64,000 nucleotides of DNA from an uncultured Acidimicrobiaceae bacterium (GTDB lineage: Bacteria; Actinomycetota; Acidimicrobiia; Acidimicrobiales; Bog-793). Shown here piece by piece: positions 45,058-58,970 of this stretch (its first letter is position 1; every line of letters begins with the position of its first letter). The stretch lies in NCBI GenBank assembly GCA_963785415.1, contig CAWAVB010000001.1, forward strand, positions 483,579 through 547,578. The letters are read 5' to 3'. A program made the position numbers and the translations under genes. The notes beneath the pieces were generated by a model. The model did no database searches and was not told the origin of the DNA. It saw only the letters and a list, made by a program, of their open reading frames with translations.

Positions 45058-45309
45058 CCCACACCCGCCCGCGGAGGAGGTGACGCCCCTGATGGCGGCG
45101 GTCGGTCGGGACCGACCCGGCGCCACCTGGTAGGGCACGCTTCGCTCCTTCTCCACGCGGCACCGTGCGGTGGCGCGTGGGCGGGGCTTACATCTAAGCC
45201 GCACCATGCTCAGCAACCACGGGTTGCCTTACGTGGGTCGTTTCGCCTGCGGCTGGCATCGACTTTCAACCACAGACCCGCTCCCGGCCTCGAACCAGCT
45301 TAGGGCGGG

Positions 45310-46713
<1,404 letters not shown>

Positions 46714-47790
46714 TCACCCCGGACGCCGGCGCCGGCGGACCGGGCCTTCGGGCGCGCCTTTCGGCGACTCGTCGATCGCCGGGGCCGGCCCGGGGTCGAC
46801 GCCCGCGGCCGCGGCGAGTCGCAACGAGACAAACTCCCCCACGACGACGAGGTCGACGAGCTGTGCGAGCGGCCCCGCCCCCTCGGCGTGCACGACAAGC
46901 CGGTCGGCGACGACCTCGGCAAGCAGCTCATCGACGCGCCCGAAGGCCCGGCCCGCCGGCGCCGGTTCGAAGTCCGACCGCAGCTCGATGAGCGTGAGGA
47001 CCTGGCGCGTGACGTCGCCCGCCTGGCCGAAGGCCGCGATCGTGTCGGCGAGGAGCTCCGGCACGCTCGCCACCACGGCGAGGGTGCGGGCGTTCGCGGC
47101 GATCTCGGACTGCCACCAGCGCGCCGCGGCAGCGCCGAGGCCCGATGCCCCACAGAGCATGGGGAACGTCCGGCCGATCCGGCGCGCGAGCTCGCCCGCG
47201 ACACCGCCACCCGCCGTGATGAGCGCGTCGCGACGGTGCGCCGCCTGGCGGCTCGCCGCGACGAGCGCGGCCCCCACCGGTTCGACGAGCCCCGCCCGCT
47301 CCAGGCCGACGAGCAACGCGACGACCATGGCGAGCAACGCGCCGCGCGCCCGCGGTGCGTCCGGGAGGGAGACGACCGGGGCGCCCGCCTCGGCGGCGAG
47401 GCGCCCGAGCTCTCCGCCGCGCGTGATCGCGACGAGGCGGGCTCCGCGCCTTACTGCGTCCCGGGCGGCGCTGCAGGCATCCGGTTCGTCCCCCGTGAAC
47501 GCCGTGACGAAGACGAGCGAATTCCGGCCGACGAAGCCCGGGAGGTCGCCTCCCGACACCCCGACGAGCGGCACCCGGGCCGTCGCCCCGACGACGGCGC
47601 CGACCATCTCGGCTGCGCCCCGCGCCGGCCCGTCACCCCAGGCGACGACGGCGCCGGTCGGGGAGGCGTCGAGGCGGCCGAGGCCCGCGGCGTCCTCGAT
47701 CGAGGAGTCGAGGAGCTCGGGAAGCGCCCCCGCCGCGGCGAACATCCCGAGCGAGTCGAGCGGCTGGTCCCCGCCGACCGCGCGGATCAC
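46714..47790 (-). CDS. SIS-domain sugar-phosphate isomerase (bifunctional PGI/PMI-like family)
   Basis: The C-terminal 358 aa of ORF 46714..49320, from GTG 47790 (GTGA overlap with the Trm112-like stop). Sits between phosphomannomutase and ahcY, as in the mycobacterial pmmA region. Confidence 0.75.
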   Translation of the reverse strand: MIRAVGGDQPLDSLGMFAAAGALPELLDSSIEDAAGLGRLDASPTGAVVAWGDGPARGAAEMVGAVVGATARVPLVGVSGGDLPGFVGRNSLVFVTAFTGDEPDACSAARDAVRRGARLVAITRGGELGRLAAEAGAPVVSLPDAPRARGALLAMVVALLVGLERAGLVEPVGAALVAASRQAAHRRDALITAGGGVAGELARRIGRTFPMLCGASGLGAAAARWWQSEIAANARTLAVVASVPELLADTIAAFGQAGDVTRQVLTLIELRSDFEPAPAGRAFGRVDELLAEVVADRLVVHAEGAGPLAQLVDLVVVGEFVSLRLAAAAGVDPGPAPAIDESPKGAPEGPVRRRRRPG

Positions 47791-48056
47791 CCTCCCTGCC
47801 GCTCCTCCGGTCGCGACGGCCCGGCAGGCCCGCCTCCGGTGACGACCGCCGCACGCTCGCGCGCGGTCAGCCGCGCCGCCTCGGCGTCGTCGACGCTTTC
47901 CGCCTCGGCGACGAGGAGCACCGGGATCCCGTCGCGCACCGCGTATCGCCGGCGAAGACGCGGGTTGTAAAGCGTCGACTCGTCGGCGAGGTACCACAGC
48001 GGTCCCTTGTCCTCCGGATCGACGAGGATCGACAGCAGGAACGGATCGAGACTCAT
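47787..48056 (-). CDS. Trm112/DUF343 family small protein
   Basis: 89 aa with LLSILVDPEDKGPL...YNPRLRRRYAVRDGIPVLLVAEA, the typical Trm112-like pattern. Confidence 0.72.
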   Translation of the reverse strand: MSLDPFLLSILVDPEDKGPLWYLADESTLYNPRLRRRYAVRDGIPVLLVAEAESVDDAEAARLTARERAAVVTGGGPAGPSRPEERQGG

Positions 48057-48065
48057 CGCGTCTCC

Positions 48066-49493
48066 TCAGTGGTCGTGCTCGGCATCCCGAATGAGCGCCT
48101 CGACCTCGGCGACGTGGCCGGCGCACGATCCGGCGTCGGCCGCCTCGACGTTCAGCCGCAGCAGCGGCTCGGTGTTCGACGGCCGCAGGTTGAACCACCA
48201 GTCCCCGGAGTCGACCGTCAGTCCGTCGAGATCGTCGACGGGCCGGCCGAGCCCGGCGTAGTGCTTGGCGATCGCGGCGATGACGCTCGACGTGTCGGCG
48301 ACACGCGTGTTGAGCTCGCCTGAGTCGGCGTAGCGCTCGAACGGCTGTCGCAGCTGGGAAAGGGGCACGTTCGCCCGGCAGAGCGCCTCGAGCACCGTGA
48401 CCGCGGCGATGATCCCCGAGTCCGCCCGGAAGTTGTCCCGGAAGTAGTAGTGCCCGGAGTGCTCGCCCGCGAAAACGGCTCCCGTCTCGGCCATCCGGGC
48501 CTTGATGAACGAGTGCCCGACCCTCGTGCGCACCGCCACCCCGCCGCACTCGCCGATCACCTCGGGGACGGTCTTCGAGCAGATGACGTTGTAAAGGATG
48601 GTCGCGCCGGGGTGCTTCTCGAGCATCGCCCGGGCGACGATCGCCGTCGTCGTCGACCCCGAGAGCGGCTCCCCGAGCTCGTCGACTAAGAACACGCGGT
48701 CGGCGTCGCCGTCGAAGGCAAGACCGACGTCGGCCTCCGTGGCGAGGATGCGGGCGCGCAGGTCGGCGAGGTTCTCCCGTTCGAGCGGATTCGCCGGGTG
48801 GTTGGGGAAGGTCCCGTCGAGCTCGCCGAAAAGGACGTCGAGCGTGCAGGGCAGGCCCTCGAAGACGCGGGGCGCGATGAGGCCCCCCATGCCGTTCGCC
48901 GTGTCGGCGACGACCCGCAGCGGCACAAGGCTCGAGACGTCGATGAAGGAACGGACGTGGCGGGCGAAATCTCCGACCCAGTCCCGGTCGTCGAGCGCCG
49001 TCGACACGGCGGGGACCCGTGGCGAACCCGCTGCGAGCATCTCCTCGGCCACGCGCTCGATCTCGGAAAGCCCGGTGTCCTGGGCGACGGGTTTCGCACC
49101 GCCGAGGCAGAACTTGATCCCGTTGTACTCGGGCGGGTTGTGTGAGGCGGTGAGCATCGCGCCGGGCGCTCCGAGAACGCCGGACGCGAAGTAGAGCAGG
49201 TCCGTCGAGGCGAGGCCGATGAAAACGACTTCGGCGCCTTCGGACTCCACGCCGGCGGTGAACGCGCTGGCGAGCTCGACTCCTGACGTCCGCATGTCGT
49301 GGGCGACGGCGAGGCGCCACGCGTCCTCTGCCCCACGGACGAACCGGGCGAAACTTGCCCCGATCGCGAAGCAGCGCGCGGCGTCGAGCTCGGTCGGCAC
49401 GATCCCGCGCACGTCGTAGGCCTTGAAGATCGCGCCGAACTCGCCGGAATCCGCCATGTCCACCGACAATACCCGTGCCGTCCCGGACCCCAC
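48066..49493 (-). CDS. phosphomannomutase/phosphoglucomutase
   Basis: 475 aa with TASHNPPEYNGIKF (active-site Ser loop), AFDGDADRV, GEHSGHYYF. ATG 49457 is an alternative start. Confidence 0.93.
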   Translation of the reverse strand: MGSGTARVLSVDMADSGEFGAIFKAYDVRGIVPTELDAARCFAIGASFARFVRGAEDAWRLAVAHDMRTSGVELASAFTAGVESEGAEVVFIGLASTDLLYFASGVLGAPGAMLTASHNPPEYNGIKFCLGGAKPVAQDTGLSEIERVAEEMLAAGSPRVPAVSTALDDRDWVGDFARHVRSFIDVSSLVPLRVVADTANGMGGLIAPRVFEGLPCTLDVLFGELDGTFPNHPANPLERENLADLRARILATEADVGLAFDGDADRVFLVDELGEPLSGSTTTAIVARAMLEKHPGATILYNVICSKTVPEVIGECGGVAVRTRVGHSFIKARMAETGAVFAGEHSGHYYFRDNFRADSGIIAAVTVLEALCRANVPLSQLRQPFERYADSGELNTRVADTSSVIAAIAKHYAGLGRPVDDLDGLTVDSGDWWFNLRPSNTEPLLRLNVEAADAGSCAGHVAEVEALIRDAEHDH

Positions 49494-49503
49494 GGCCCTT
49501 GGC

Positions 49504-50295
49504 CTAGAAATGGATCATGGCGATCGAGAAGAACGCCACGGCGTTGAACGTCGCGTGGGCGACGATCCCGGTTCCCAACCGCCCGGTTTTCGTCGCCAGG
49601 GCGCCGAGCACGATGCCGAAGCCGGCGAGCGCCGGGAACTCCAGCGCCTCGAAGTGCGCGAGCCCGAAGACGAGCCCGACGACGACGACCGCCACCGGGA
49701 CGGCGGCTGCCGCCGAGAAGGTCGCGAACCGCCCGATCAGCGCGCGTTGCAGCAGCCCCCGGAAGAACAGCTCCTCGACGAGGGGACTGCCGACGCAGAC
49801 GAGCAGGGCGAGCACGACGAGACCGGGACCGTGCACGTTGGCGATGAGCGAGCGTGCCGGCTGGTCGAGCCGGTGGAAAAGGTGCGGCACGAAGGGCTCG
49901 AGCGGCAGCTCCAGGAGCGCGACGAGGCCGAACTGCGCGACGACGCCGCAGGCGATCCCGACGGGTACGTCCGGCCAGACCCGGAAGGCGAGCCCGTACT
50001 CGCGGGCGAGCACGGACAGCGTGCGCCGGCCCGCCCGCCCCGGTTTCGACCAAGCGGCGCCGACCGCGGCGCCGGCGAAGCCGAGCCACAGCCCGGCGAG
50101 ACTGACGACGTCGCCACCGAACCCGCCCGACCCGTGGTGGAGCCCGCTCGCCGCGACGTAGGCGCTGACGGCAACGACGGAGCACAGGAACCCGGCGGCG
50201 ATGCCGCCGAGCGCCCAGCCGATCCCGTAGGGGTTCGCGCCCACGAGCCCGCGTCTCGCGACGTCGTCGACCCCGCGCGATTCAGCCACGTCCAC
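49504..50295 (-). CDS. CPBP-family intramembrane glutamic endopeptidase (CAAX protease-like)
   Basis: 263 aa, polytopic, with PLVEELFFRGLL, FGLAHF, AHATFNAV motifs. Confidence 0.85.
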   Translation of the reverse strand: MDVAESRGVDDVARRGLVGANPYGIGWALGGIAAGFLCSVVAVSAYVAASGLHHGSGGFGGDVVSLAGLWLGFAGAAVGAAWSKPGRAGRRTLSVLAREYGLAFRVWPDVPVGIACGVVAQFGLVALLELPLEPFVPHLFHRLDQPARSLIANVHGPGLVVLALLVCVGSPLVEELFFRGLLQRALIGRFATFSAAAAVPVAVVVVGLVFGLAHFEALEFPALAGFGIVLGALATKTGRLGTGIVAHATFNAVAFFSIAMIHF

Positions 50296-50348
50296 ACCCT
50301 GAGCGTCGCCCGCCCGGAACGGCAGGTCAACTCCCTCGACGCCGCGCC

Positions 50349-52448
<2,100 letters not shown>

Positions 52449-53889
52449 AGCTCGTCGGCCGCGACGACGGGCACGTCGCTCGTCACCCGCAGCGAAAGCC
52501 GCCCCGCCGCGCTAGCCAGGTCGGCGAGATCGACGACGACCGAGCCGTCGGCGGCGACCGTGAACGGGCCGAGGCCGGCGAACGAGCCCGCGATGGGGGT
52601 GATCTCGACCGTCGCCGGCACCGCACCGGTGTTCGTCACGGTGACGAGCTCCGAGATGTGCGCGTCACTCTGGCCGCCGGCGAGGATCCACTGCCTGGCC
52701 GCGCCCGGCACCCCGGTGGTGACGGTGAACCCGACGGGGAGCGACGGCAGGCGGAAAAGGGCCACGCGCCGGCGCGCCGCGGCGCTCCGCGCCCGCCGGG
52801 CGGCGACGTGGATCGGCGAGGCGACGGCGAGCTCACGTGCCGCGACGACCGGCTCGTCGTTTCTCGAGGTGATGCTCGCCCAGCGGAGGGCGGCGGCAGA
52901 CTCGTCTGGCGCCGGCGCGTAGCGCGTCGTCGCGCCGGGGCCGAGCGAGAGAGAGATCTCGCCGACCCCGCTCGGCCCGCCGAGGTGGATCTCGACCGAG
53001 GCGGTCCGTTTCCCGGGGTTCAAGATGTCGAAGGTCTGCTGCGCCGACGCCCCCGCCGGGGCCGCGGCGAAGAACCACCGCGCGGCCGGGCGGGCGATCG
53101 GGCCCTCGAGGGCCTCGAGCGTCATCGCCTGGTTCGTCACGATGTCGAGCGCCCCGGCGACGATCGCGCCCCCCGACGAACGCACCGTCGCCGACACGAA
53201 GCGCCGGAACGGAAGCGAGTGGGCGACATAGAGGACGACGACGTGACCCGCGGCAACCTGGACCCCCTGGAAGGCCGGGGGCGCTTGCGGTCCGATCGGC
53301 GTGGCGAACGTCACACTGGCGACCGCGGGGGTCGCGCCGGGGTCAAACAGCGCGATCGCGAGGTTGTCCTTCGCCTCCGTGCTCCCGGCCATGAGGTACT
53401 GGATCCCCGTCGCCTGCTCGGTGCACGGCGAGGCGTCCGGCCCGGCGGCGCCGTGGACGAGCTCGACGACCTCGACATCCCGCCCGTCGACGATCACCCG
53501 GGCCGCGGCGAACGACGAGGCGTGGATGTGCGAGAGCCCGAGGACCGACTCCGACGCCCCTGCCACGGCGAACGTCTCGGTCGTCGTCGCGCCCGAGACG
53601 AGGACGGTCGTGACGGACGCCGTGACCGGGGACGGGGCCCGGTTCACGATCGCGATCGACGCCGCCTCGTGGGGCGTCCCGACCGGCAACGGGCCCGCAC
53701 AGAACCACGCCGTCGAGGTCGCGCCCGGCTCGCCGCGCACCGCGGCGGCGACCGACCCCGAGGCCGGAGGCGTCGCGGCGGGATGGATGAGCGCGCTCGC
53801 CGCCCCGGCGAGCGCGAAGGCGGCGGCGACCGCGGCGATGAACGAGAGCCGACGGCGCTCGACGAACGCGACCCGGCCGTTCGTGGCGG

Positions 53890-56823
53890 TCACGACCGTG
53901 CCCCCACGAGCTCCGCTCCCTCAGGGGCGACGGGCGGGCTGGCCGGTGACGCCGCGGCGCGCCGCGACCGCCGGGCCCGCCGGCGCCGGGAGACTGCGAC
54001 CACGCCCGTGAACAACCAGCAGCCGATCGCCGCCGCGACCCCGATTTCGCGGAGTGGCACCGGGGTCCCGCCTCCCGGGACCGAAGGGGCCGCGACCTCG
54101 TCGGGTCGCCAGGACGTGTTCTCGAAGAAATACGTCCCTCCTTCGCTCGGCAGCTCCCGCAGGTCGAGCTGGCCGGCGAGCGTGGCGATGAGGTTGGCGG
54201 GCGGGGGCGCCGCGGCGGCGGATTGCACACCGGGCAGCACCGGCGCGAACGCCGTCGGCACGACGATCACCTTGACGCCGCCGGGCGCGAGGAGCTTCCC
54301 GAGCTCGACCGTGCGCCCGAGCTCGGCGTCGTCGACCGCCGCGGCCAGCCGCGCCGCGTCGCCGGGATTGGCGTTCGGCCAGAGCGCCGTGGCGTCCGGC
54401 AGACCGGTGACGGTCAGCGCCTCGGCGAAACCGGGGCGAACCTGCCAGCCGACGAGCGGCAGGGCGAGCGGCGCGCCGAGCCAGAGCTCGCGCCCCTGAC
54501 CCTTCTGGTTCCCGGTGGCGGTGAGGACCGAGTCGTAGCCGATCTGCGGGACATCCCATCGTCCCCCCCAGGCCGCCCCGAGCACCGGCAGCAGGCCCGC
54601 CAGGGCGACGACGGCGAAACCGATCGTCGCCAACTGACGCCAGCCGAGCCGCGAGCCGGACACCTCGCGGGCCATCGACGAGACACCCAGCCCGACGAGC
54701 ACCGCGACGCACGCCGCCGCCGGCACGAGAAGGACGCGAGCCGCTCCGCCCCCGGCGCCGAGCCAGCCCTCCCCCGCGGCCCAGGTGAAGGCGACAGTCG
54801 CCAACAGCGCGCCCCACAGCCGCACGCACCAGGCGAAGCGCTCTGCCGTCCCCACGACGACGACGAAGAGCGCCGCCACGACGAAGGCGTAGCTGATCGG
54901 GCCGGCGCCGATCGGGCCGAGGTCGAAGCGCAGAAGCGAGGCGAGATTCGGCACCCCTGCCCCCGACGACGTGACCCCCGTGATCGCGCTCCAGCGGGCC
55001 CCGGGCTGCAAGAACGTGACCGACCAGGGGAAGCACAGCAAAATGGCGACGACGGCCGAACCGCCGGCGACGACGAGGCTGCGCAACGACTGCACGCCCC
55101 GTGCGGCGCCCCGGAAGGCGAACGTGACCCCGACGAAGGCGACGGCGACGACGAGCATGGCGAGCACCGCCGCCGGCGCGAACGAGGCGACGACGGCGAC
55201 GATCACGCCCAGGCTGAGGCATTCCTCGACCGTCGCGCGCCCGACGACCGGCACCGGCTCGTCGGAGTACGGCGGGAGCGCGGTCGCCCGGGCGATCCGG
55301 GCGAGTATCCAGGGCATCCCGCCGTAGACGACGAGCGCCTGGAGGTCGCCCCGCGCGAGGTCGTTCCAGACGAGCGGGAGGAAAAGGTACGTGATCCCCG
55401 CGGCGAACGACGCGGCGCGGGGACCGAGCGGGCGGACGAGGCGCACGACGCCGAACACCCCGGCGACGACGGCAACGACCATGCCGACTTTCAGGACGAC
55501 GCCCATCGACCCCGCGGCGACGAAGCCCGCCAGGCCGAGGATTGCGAACGCCGGCGAGGCCGGTCCCGTCGGCTGGGTCCCCCGGTCCGTCGTCCCGCCG
55601 AGGTAGGTCGCGATGAGGTGGAACGGCTCCGGGATCGGCAGGTACCCGCCGACGAGGGGAAGATGGCCGACGAGGAGCAGCCGTGATCCGGCGACGGCGA
55701 CGAAGCCGGCGGCCAAGGCGCAGATCGTCATCCAACGCGGCCGGTGCCCCGCCTGCTCGCCCTCGGCCCGCAGGCGCTTCGGGCCGTGCCGGCGGCTCCA
55801 GCGCAGGACCACCGCCTCGACCCGGGAACGCGCCGCCCGCATCAACCGCGAGGACCGGCGCGCGACGAGGCGCAGCACGACCCGGTCCGGCACCCGACGG
55901 GTCGCGCCGACCGCGGCCCGGGCGCCGCCGAGGTCGCGGGCCGGCGCCAGATTCCAGCGCCAGGCGTCGATCACCTCCTTCGCCCGGCGGCGCCGGCCGA
56001 CCAGCGCGAAGTACACGACCTCCATAACGCTCAGCAACGCGAACTCGACGACGATCCGCGTCCGCCGGGTCGGCCCGTAGTTCTTGAGGACGGCGCGCAG
56101 CATGTGACGCCACTGCAGGGCGCGGGCGTCCGGCAGCGACCGGTGGCGCGCCGCCGTGGCCTCGAGGTGGGCCACCGTCGCGGCCGGCGTGACGACGACC
56201 CGGGCGCCGGCGATGCGGGCCCGCCACGACAGGTCGATGTCCTCGCCGAGCATCGAGATCTGGTCGTCGAAGCCCCCGATCGCGGCGAACAGGTCGGCGC
56301 GCACGAGGATGCAGCCGCCCGGGACGGCGAAGACCTCGCGGGGCTCGTCGTGCTGGGACTGGTCGAACTCCCGGCGCTCGACCCGGCGCACCGGCGCGCC
56401 GAAGCGGTCCATGTCCAGGCCGAGTTGCAGGATACGGTCCGGCTCAGCCTCGTCGACGAGCTTCGGGCCGACGATCCCGGCGTTCGAGCGCATCGCCTCT
56501 TCGACCATCACCCGAACGGCGTCGCGATCGAGGACGACGTCGTCGTGGCAGAACAGGTAGTAGGCCGCGCCGTGCACGACGTCGCGCGCCGCGTTCGCAC
56601 TCGGGCCGAAACCGGCGTTCTTCTCGAGCCGGACGACGTAGAAGCCCGGCGCGACCGCGGCGACGCGGGGCGCGAGGGGCTCGCCGCTTGCCGCATCGAC
56701 GACGAGCGTCGTCAGGTCCGAGTAGTCCTGCGCCAGAAGCGCGCTCAGGCACCTCTCGAACCACGGTCCAGAATCGGAGGCTACGACGACGGCGACGACC
56801 GGTGGCGCGTGATCCTCCGGCAT
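53890..56823 (-). CDS. GT2-family glycosyltransferase fused to a large polytopic membrane domain (about 977 aa)
   Basis: ORF 53890..56952 (1020 aa). Start more likely ATG 56823 (MPEDHAPPVVAVVVASD). N-terminal GT-A domain (LFCHDDVVL, GGCILVR, EDIDLSWR), then more than ten TM segments and a C-terminal extracytoplasmic region. Confidence 0.82.
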   Translation of the reverse strand: MPEDHAPPVVAVVVASDSGPWFERCLSALLAQDYSDLTTLVVDAASGEPLAPRVAAVAPGFYVVRLEKNAGFGPSANAARDVVHGAAYYLFCHDDVVLDRDAVRVMVEEAMRSNAGIVGPKLVDEAEPDRILQLGLDMDRFGAPVRRVERREFDQSQHDEPREVFAVPGGCILVRADLFAAIGGFDDQISMLGEDIDLSWRARIAGARVVVTPAATVAHLEATAARHRSLPDARALQWRHMLRAVLKNYGPTRRTRIVVEFALLSVMEVVYFALVGRRRRAKEVIDAWRWNLAPARDLGGARAAVGATRRVPDRVVLRLVARRSSRLMRAARSRVEAVVLRWSRRHGPKRLRAEGEQAGHRPRWMTICALAAGFVAVAGSRLLLVGHLPLVGGYLPIPEPFHLIATYLGGTTDRGTQPTGPASPAFAILGLAGFVAAGSMGVVLKVGMVVAVVAGVFGVVRLVRPLGPRAASFAAGITYLFLPLVWNDLARGDLQALVVYGGMPWILARIARATALPPYSDEPVPVVGRATVEECLSLGVIVAVVASFAPAAVLAMLVVAVAFVGVTFAFRGAARGVQSLRSLVVAGGSAVVAILLCFPWSVTFLQPGARWSAITGVTSSGAGVPNLASLLRFDLGPIGAGPISYAFVVAALFVVVVGTAERFAWCVRLWGALLATVAFTWAAGEGWLGAGGGAARVLLVPAAACVAVLVGLGVSSMAREVSGSRLGWRQLATIGFAVVALAGLLPVLGAAWGGRWDVPQIGYDSVLTATGNQKGQGRELWLGAPLALPLVGWQVRPGFAEALTVTGLPDATALWPNANPGDAARLAAAVDDAELGRTVELGKLLAPGGVKVIVVPTAFAPVLPGVQSAAAAPPPANLIATLAGQLDLRELPSEGGTYFFENTSWRPDEVAAPSVPGGGTPVPLREIGVAAAIGCWLFTGVVAVSRRRRARRSRRAAASPASPPVAPEGAELVGARS

Positions 56824-56882
56824 CGGAGACTTCACGCTAGCCGGGGTGGCGCGACGACGCTCGAATGCCGCGAAACCGGTGC

Positions 56883-57797
56883 CTAACTGCGCTCGCGCGC
56901 TGCGGCGAGGACGTCGACGAGCGTCTGACGCAGCGGGATCTCGGGCTTCCAACCGGTGAGGGCCGCCAGCCGGCTCCCGTCTCCGACGAGGAGCGGCAGG
57001 TCGACGGGCCGGGCGAGCGCCGGGTTGTCGACCGGCACGACCGGGCTCGCCGCGAGGGAGACGATCTCGTCGAGCACCGCGGCGATCGGGAGCGCGACGC
57101 CCGAGCAGACGTTGTAGACCTCGCCGGCGACGCCGAGGTCGGCGAGGAGGCGGTAGGCCCGGACGACGTCGCGCACGTCGGTGAAGTCGCGGGCGGGCGT
57201 GAGGTTGCCGACCCGGATCTCGGCCGACCCCGTGCGTTCCGCCTCGACGACGCGCCGGGCGAGCGCCGCGACGACGAAGGACTCCGCCTGGCCGGGCCCC
57301 ACGTGGTTGAACGGCCGGACCCGGACGACCTCGAGCCCGTGGCCGAGGAAGGCCTGGAGCCCCGCGTACTCCGCGGCGACCTTGCTCGACGCGTACGGCG
57401 TCACGGGCCGCAGCGGCGCGTCCTCGGTGACGGGGACGCTCCCGGCGATCCCGTAGACCTCGGCCGACGAGACGACGATGATACGGGGACGGGGTTCGAG
57501 CTTGCGCGCCACTTCGAGGAGCACGACCGTGCCGAGCGCGTTCACCCGGAAGGTCTCCGCCGGGGCCTCCCAGGAACGACCGACGTGGGTCAGCCCGGCG
57601 AGGTGGTAGATGACGTCCGGCCCGGCGATTTGCGCCTCGCGCCCCACCGCCGCCTCGTCAGCGATGTCGAACCCGTCGCGCATCGGGTAGACGGTGTCGC
57701 CGCACGCCTCGAGGTGGCGGGTGAGCCACGTCCCGACGAAGCCGGATGCACCGGTGACGAACGTCCGCAACGCGTCTCCTTCCCGCGGCCACGCTAC
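56883..57797 (-). CDS. NAD-dependent NDP-sugar epimerase/dehydratase/reductase (extended SDR)
   Basis: ORF 56883..57896 trimmed to GTG 57797 (TTG 57770 is an alternative). FVTGASGFVGTWL, PYASSKVAAE (YxxxK), RPFNHVGPGQ. Confidence 0.85.
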   Translation of the reverse strand, partial: VAWPREGDALRTFVTGASGFVGTWLTRHLEACGDTVYPMRDGFDIADEAAVGREAQIAGPDVIYHLAGLTHVGRSWEAPAETFRVNALGTVVLLEVARKLEPRPRIIVVSSAEVYGIAGSVPVTEDAPLRPVTPYASSKVAAEYAGLQAFLGHGLEVVRVRPFNHVGPGQAESFVVAALARRVVEAERTGSAEIRVGNLTPARDFTDVRDVVRAYRLLADLGVAGEVYNVCSGVALPIAAVLDEIVSLAASPVVPVDNPALARPVDLPLLVGDGSRLAALTGWKPEIPLRQTLVDVLAAARERS

Positions 57798-57813
57798 CCG
57801 CCGCGTCCCGGCC

Positions 57814-58944
57814 TCACGTTGGCCCGAGCCCGTCCCGGAACGCGTCGAGGTGGCCGGCGGCCGAGCGCTCCCATGTGAACTCCGCCGCCCGCGCAAGCCC
57901 CATGCGCCGGCGGGCGTCCGCCTCCGCCCCGCCGGAGAGCGCGAGCCCCAGCGCGACCCGCAGCTCGCCCGGATCGGCCGGGTCGACGGTGAGCGCCGCG
58001 GGACCGGCGAGTTCGGCCATCACGGTCCCGGCGGACGTGACGAGCGGCGCCCCGCACGCCAGCGCCTCGAGGGCCGGGAGGCCGAATCCCTCGTAGAACG
58101 ACGGGTAGGCGACGGCCGCCGCCCGCCGCAGGAGCGCCGGGACCCAGGCGGCGCCGACGTAGCCGAGCCGGACGACGCGGGCGCGGTGCCGGGCGGCACG
58201 GAGCGCGGCCGCGAGGTCCTTCGTCCCCCAGCCGTCCGGCCCGGCGAGCACGAGCGACAAGTCGGGGTGGTCGTCCGCGACCTCGTCGAACGCCGCGACG
58301 AGCGCGGGAACGTTCTTGCGAGGCTCGATCGTCCCCACGTGCAGCACGTAGGGCGCATCGACGCCCAACCGGCGCAGCGCGGCCGCGTCGGCACCCGGGA
58401 GCGGCTCGTCGGGGGTAAAGACGGCATGGTCGATGCCGTGCGGGACGACATGGACCGGGCCCCTGGGGTGGTAGATCTGCCGATACCGGTCGGCCGTCAT
58501 CTCGCTCACGCAGATCACCGCCGCGGCGTGGCGCGCGGCGCGGGCGAGGGCCCGACGGAAAAAAACGACCTTCGTGCCTTCGTGCCACTCCGGGTGGTCG
58601 ATCATCGAGAGGTCGTGGACCGTCACGACCGCGGGCACGGCGAGCCCCGCCGGCATCGAGTAGTGCGGCCCGAAAAAGACCGCCGCCGCCGGGCAGCGCC
58701 GGCGCACGGTCGCCCGCAGGCAGAGCTCGCCGTAGGCGACCCGGAGCAGGCGACGGTCGGGTGCCGAGGAAACGACGTGGGCGCCCGGGGCGACCTCGCG
58801 CCAGCGCGCCCCGTCCGAGCGCCGGGCGACCAAGTCGAGCACGACGTCGTCGCGGCGGGCGAGGGCGGCGACGACCGCGACCGTGTACTGCCCGGCGCCG
58901 ACCGGCGCGTCCGGCACAGCGGTGACGTCCACGGCGACCGCCAT
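57814..58944 (-). CDS. GT4-family (GT-B) glycosyltransferase
   Basis: The C-terminal 376 aa of ORF 57814..60621, from ATG 58944 (MAVAVDVTAV). HVGTIEPRKN, FYEGFGLPALEALACGAPLV (E-x7-E). Confidence 0.85.
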   Translation of the reverse strand: MAVAVDVTAVPDAPVGAGQYTVAVVAALARRDDVVLDLVARRSDGARWREVAPGAHVVSSAPDRRLLRVAYGELCLRATVRRRCPAAAVFFGPHYSMPAGLAVPAVVTVHDLSMIDHPEWHEGTKVVFFRRALARAARHAAAVICVSEMTADRYRQIYHPRGPVHVVPHGIDHAVFTPDEPLPGADAAALRRLGVDAPYVLHVGTIEPRKNVPALVAAFDEVADDHPDLSLVLAGPDGWGTKDLAAALRAARHRARVVRLGYVGAAWVPALLRRAAAVAYPSFYEGFGLPALEALACGAPLVTSAGTVMAELAGPAALTVDPADPGELRVALGLALSGGAEADARRRMGLARAAEFTWERSAAGHLDAFRDGLGPT

Positions 58945-58970
58945 CGGGCCGGGTGTGCCGAGCGGACCGC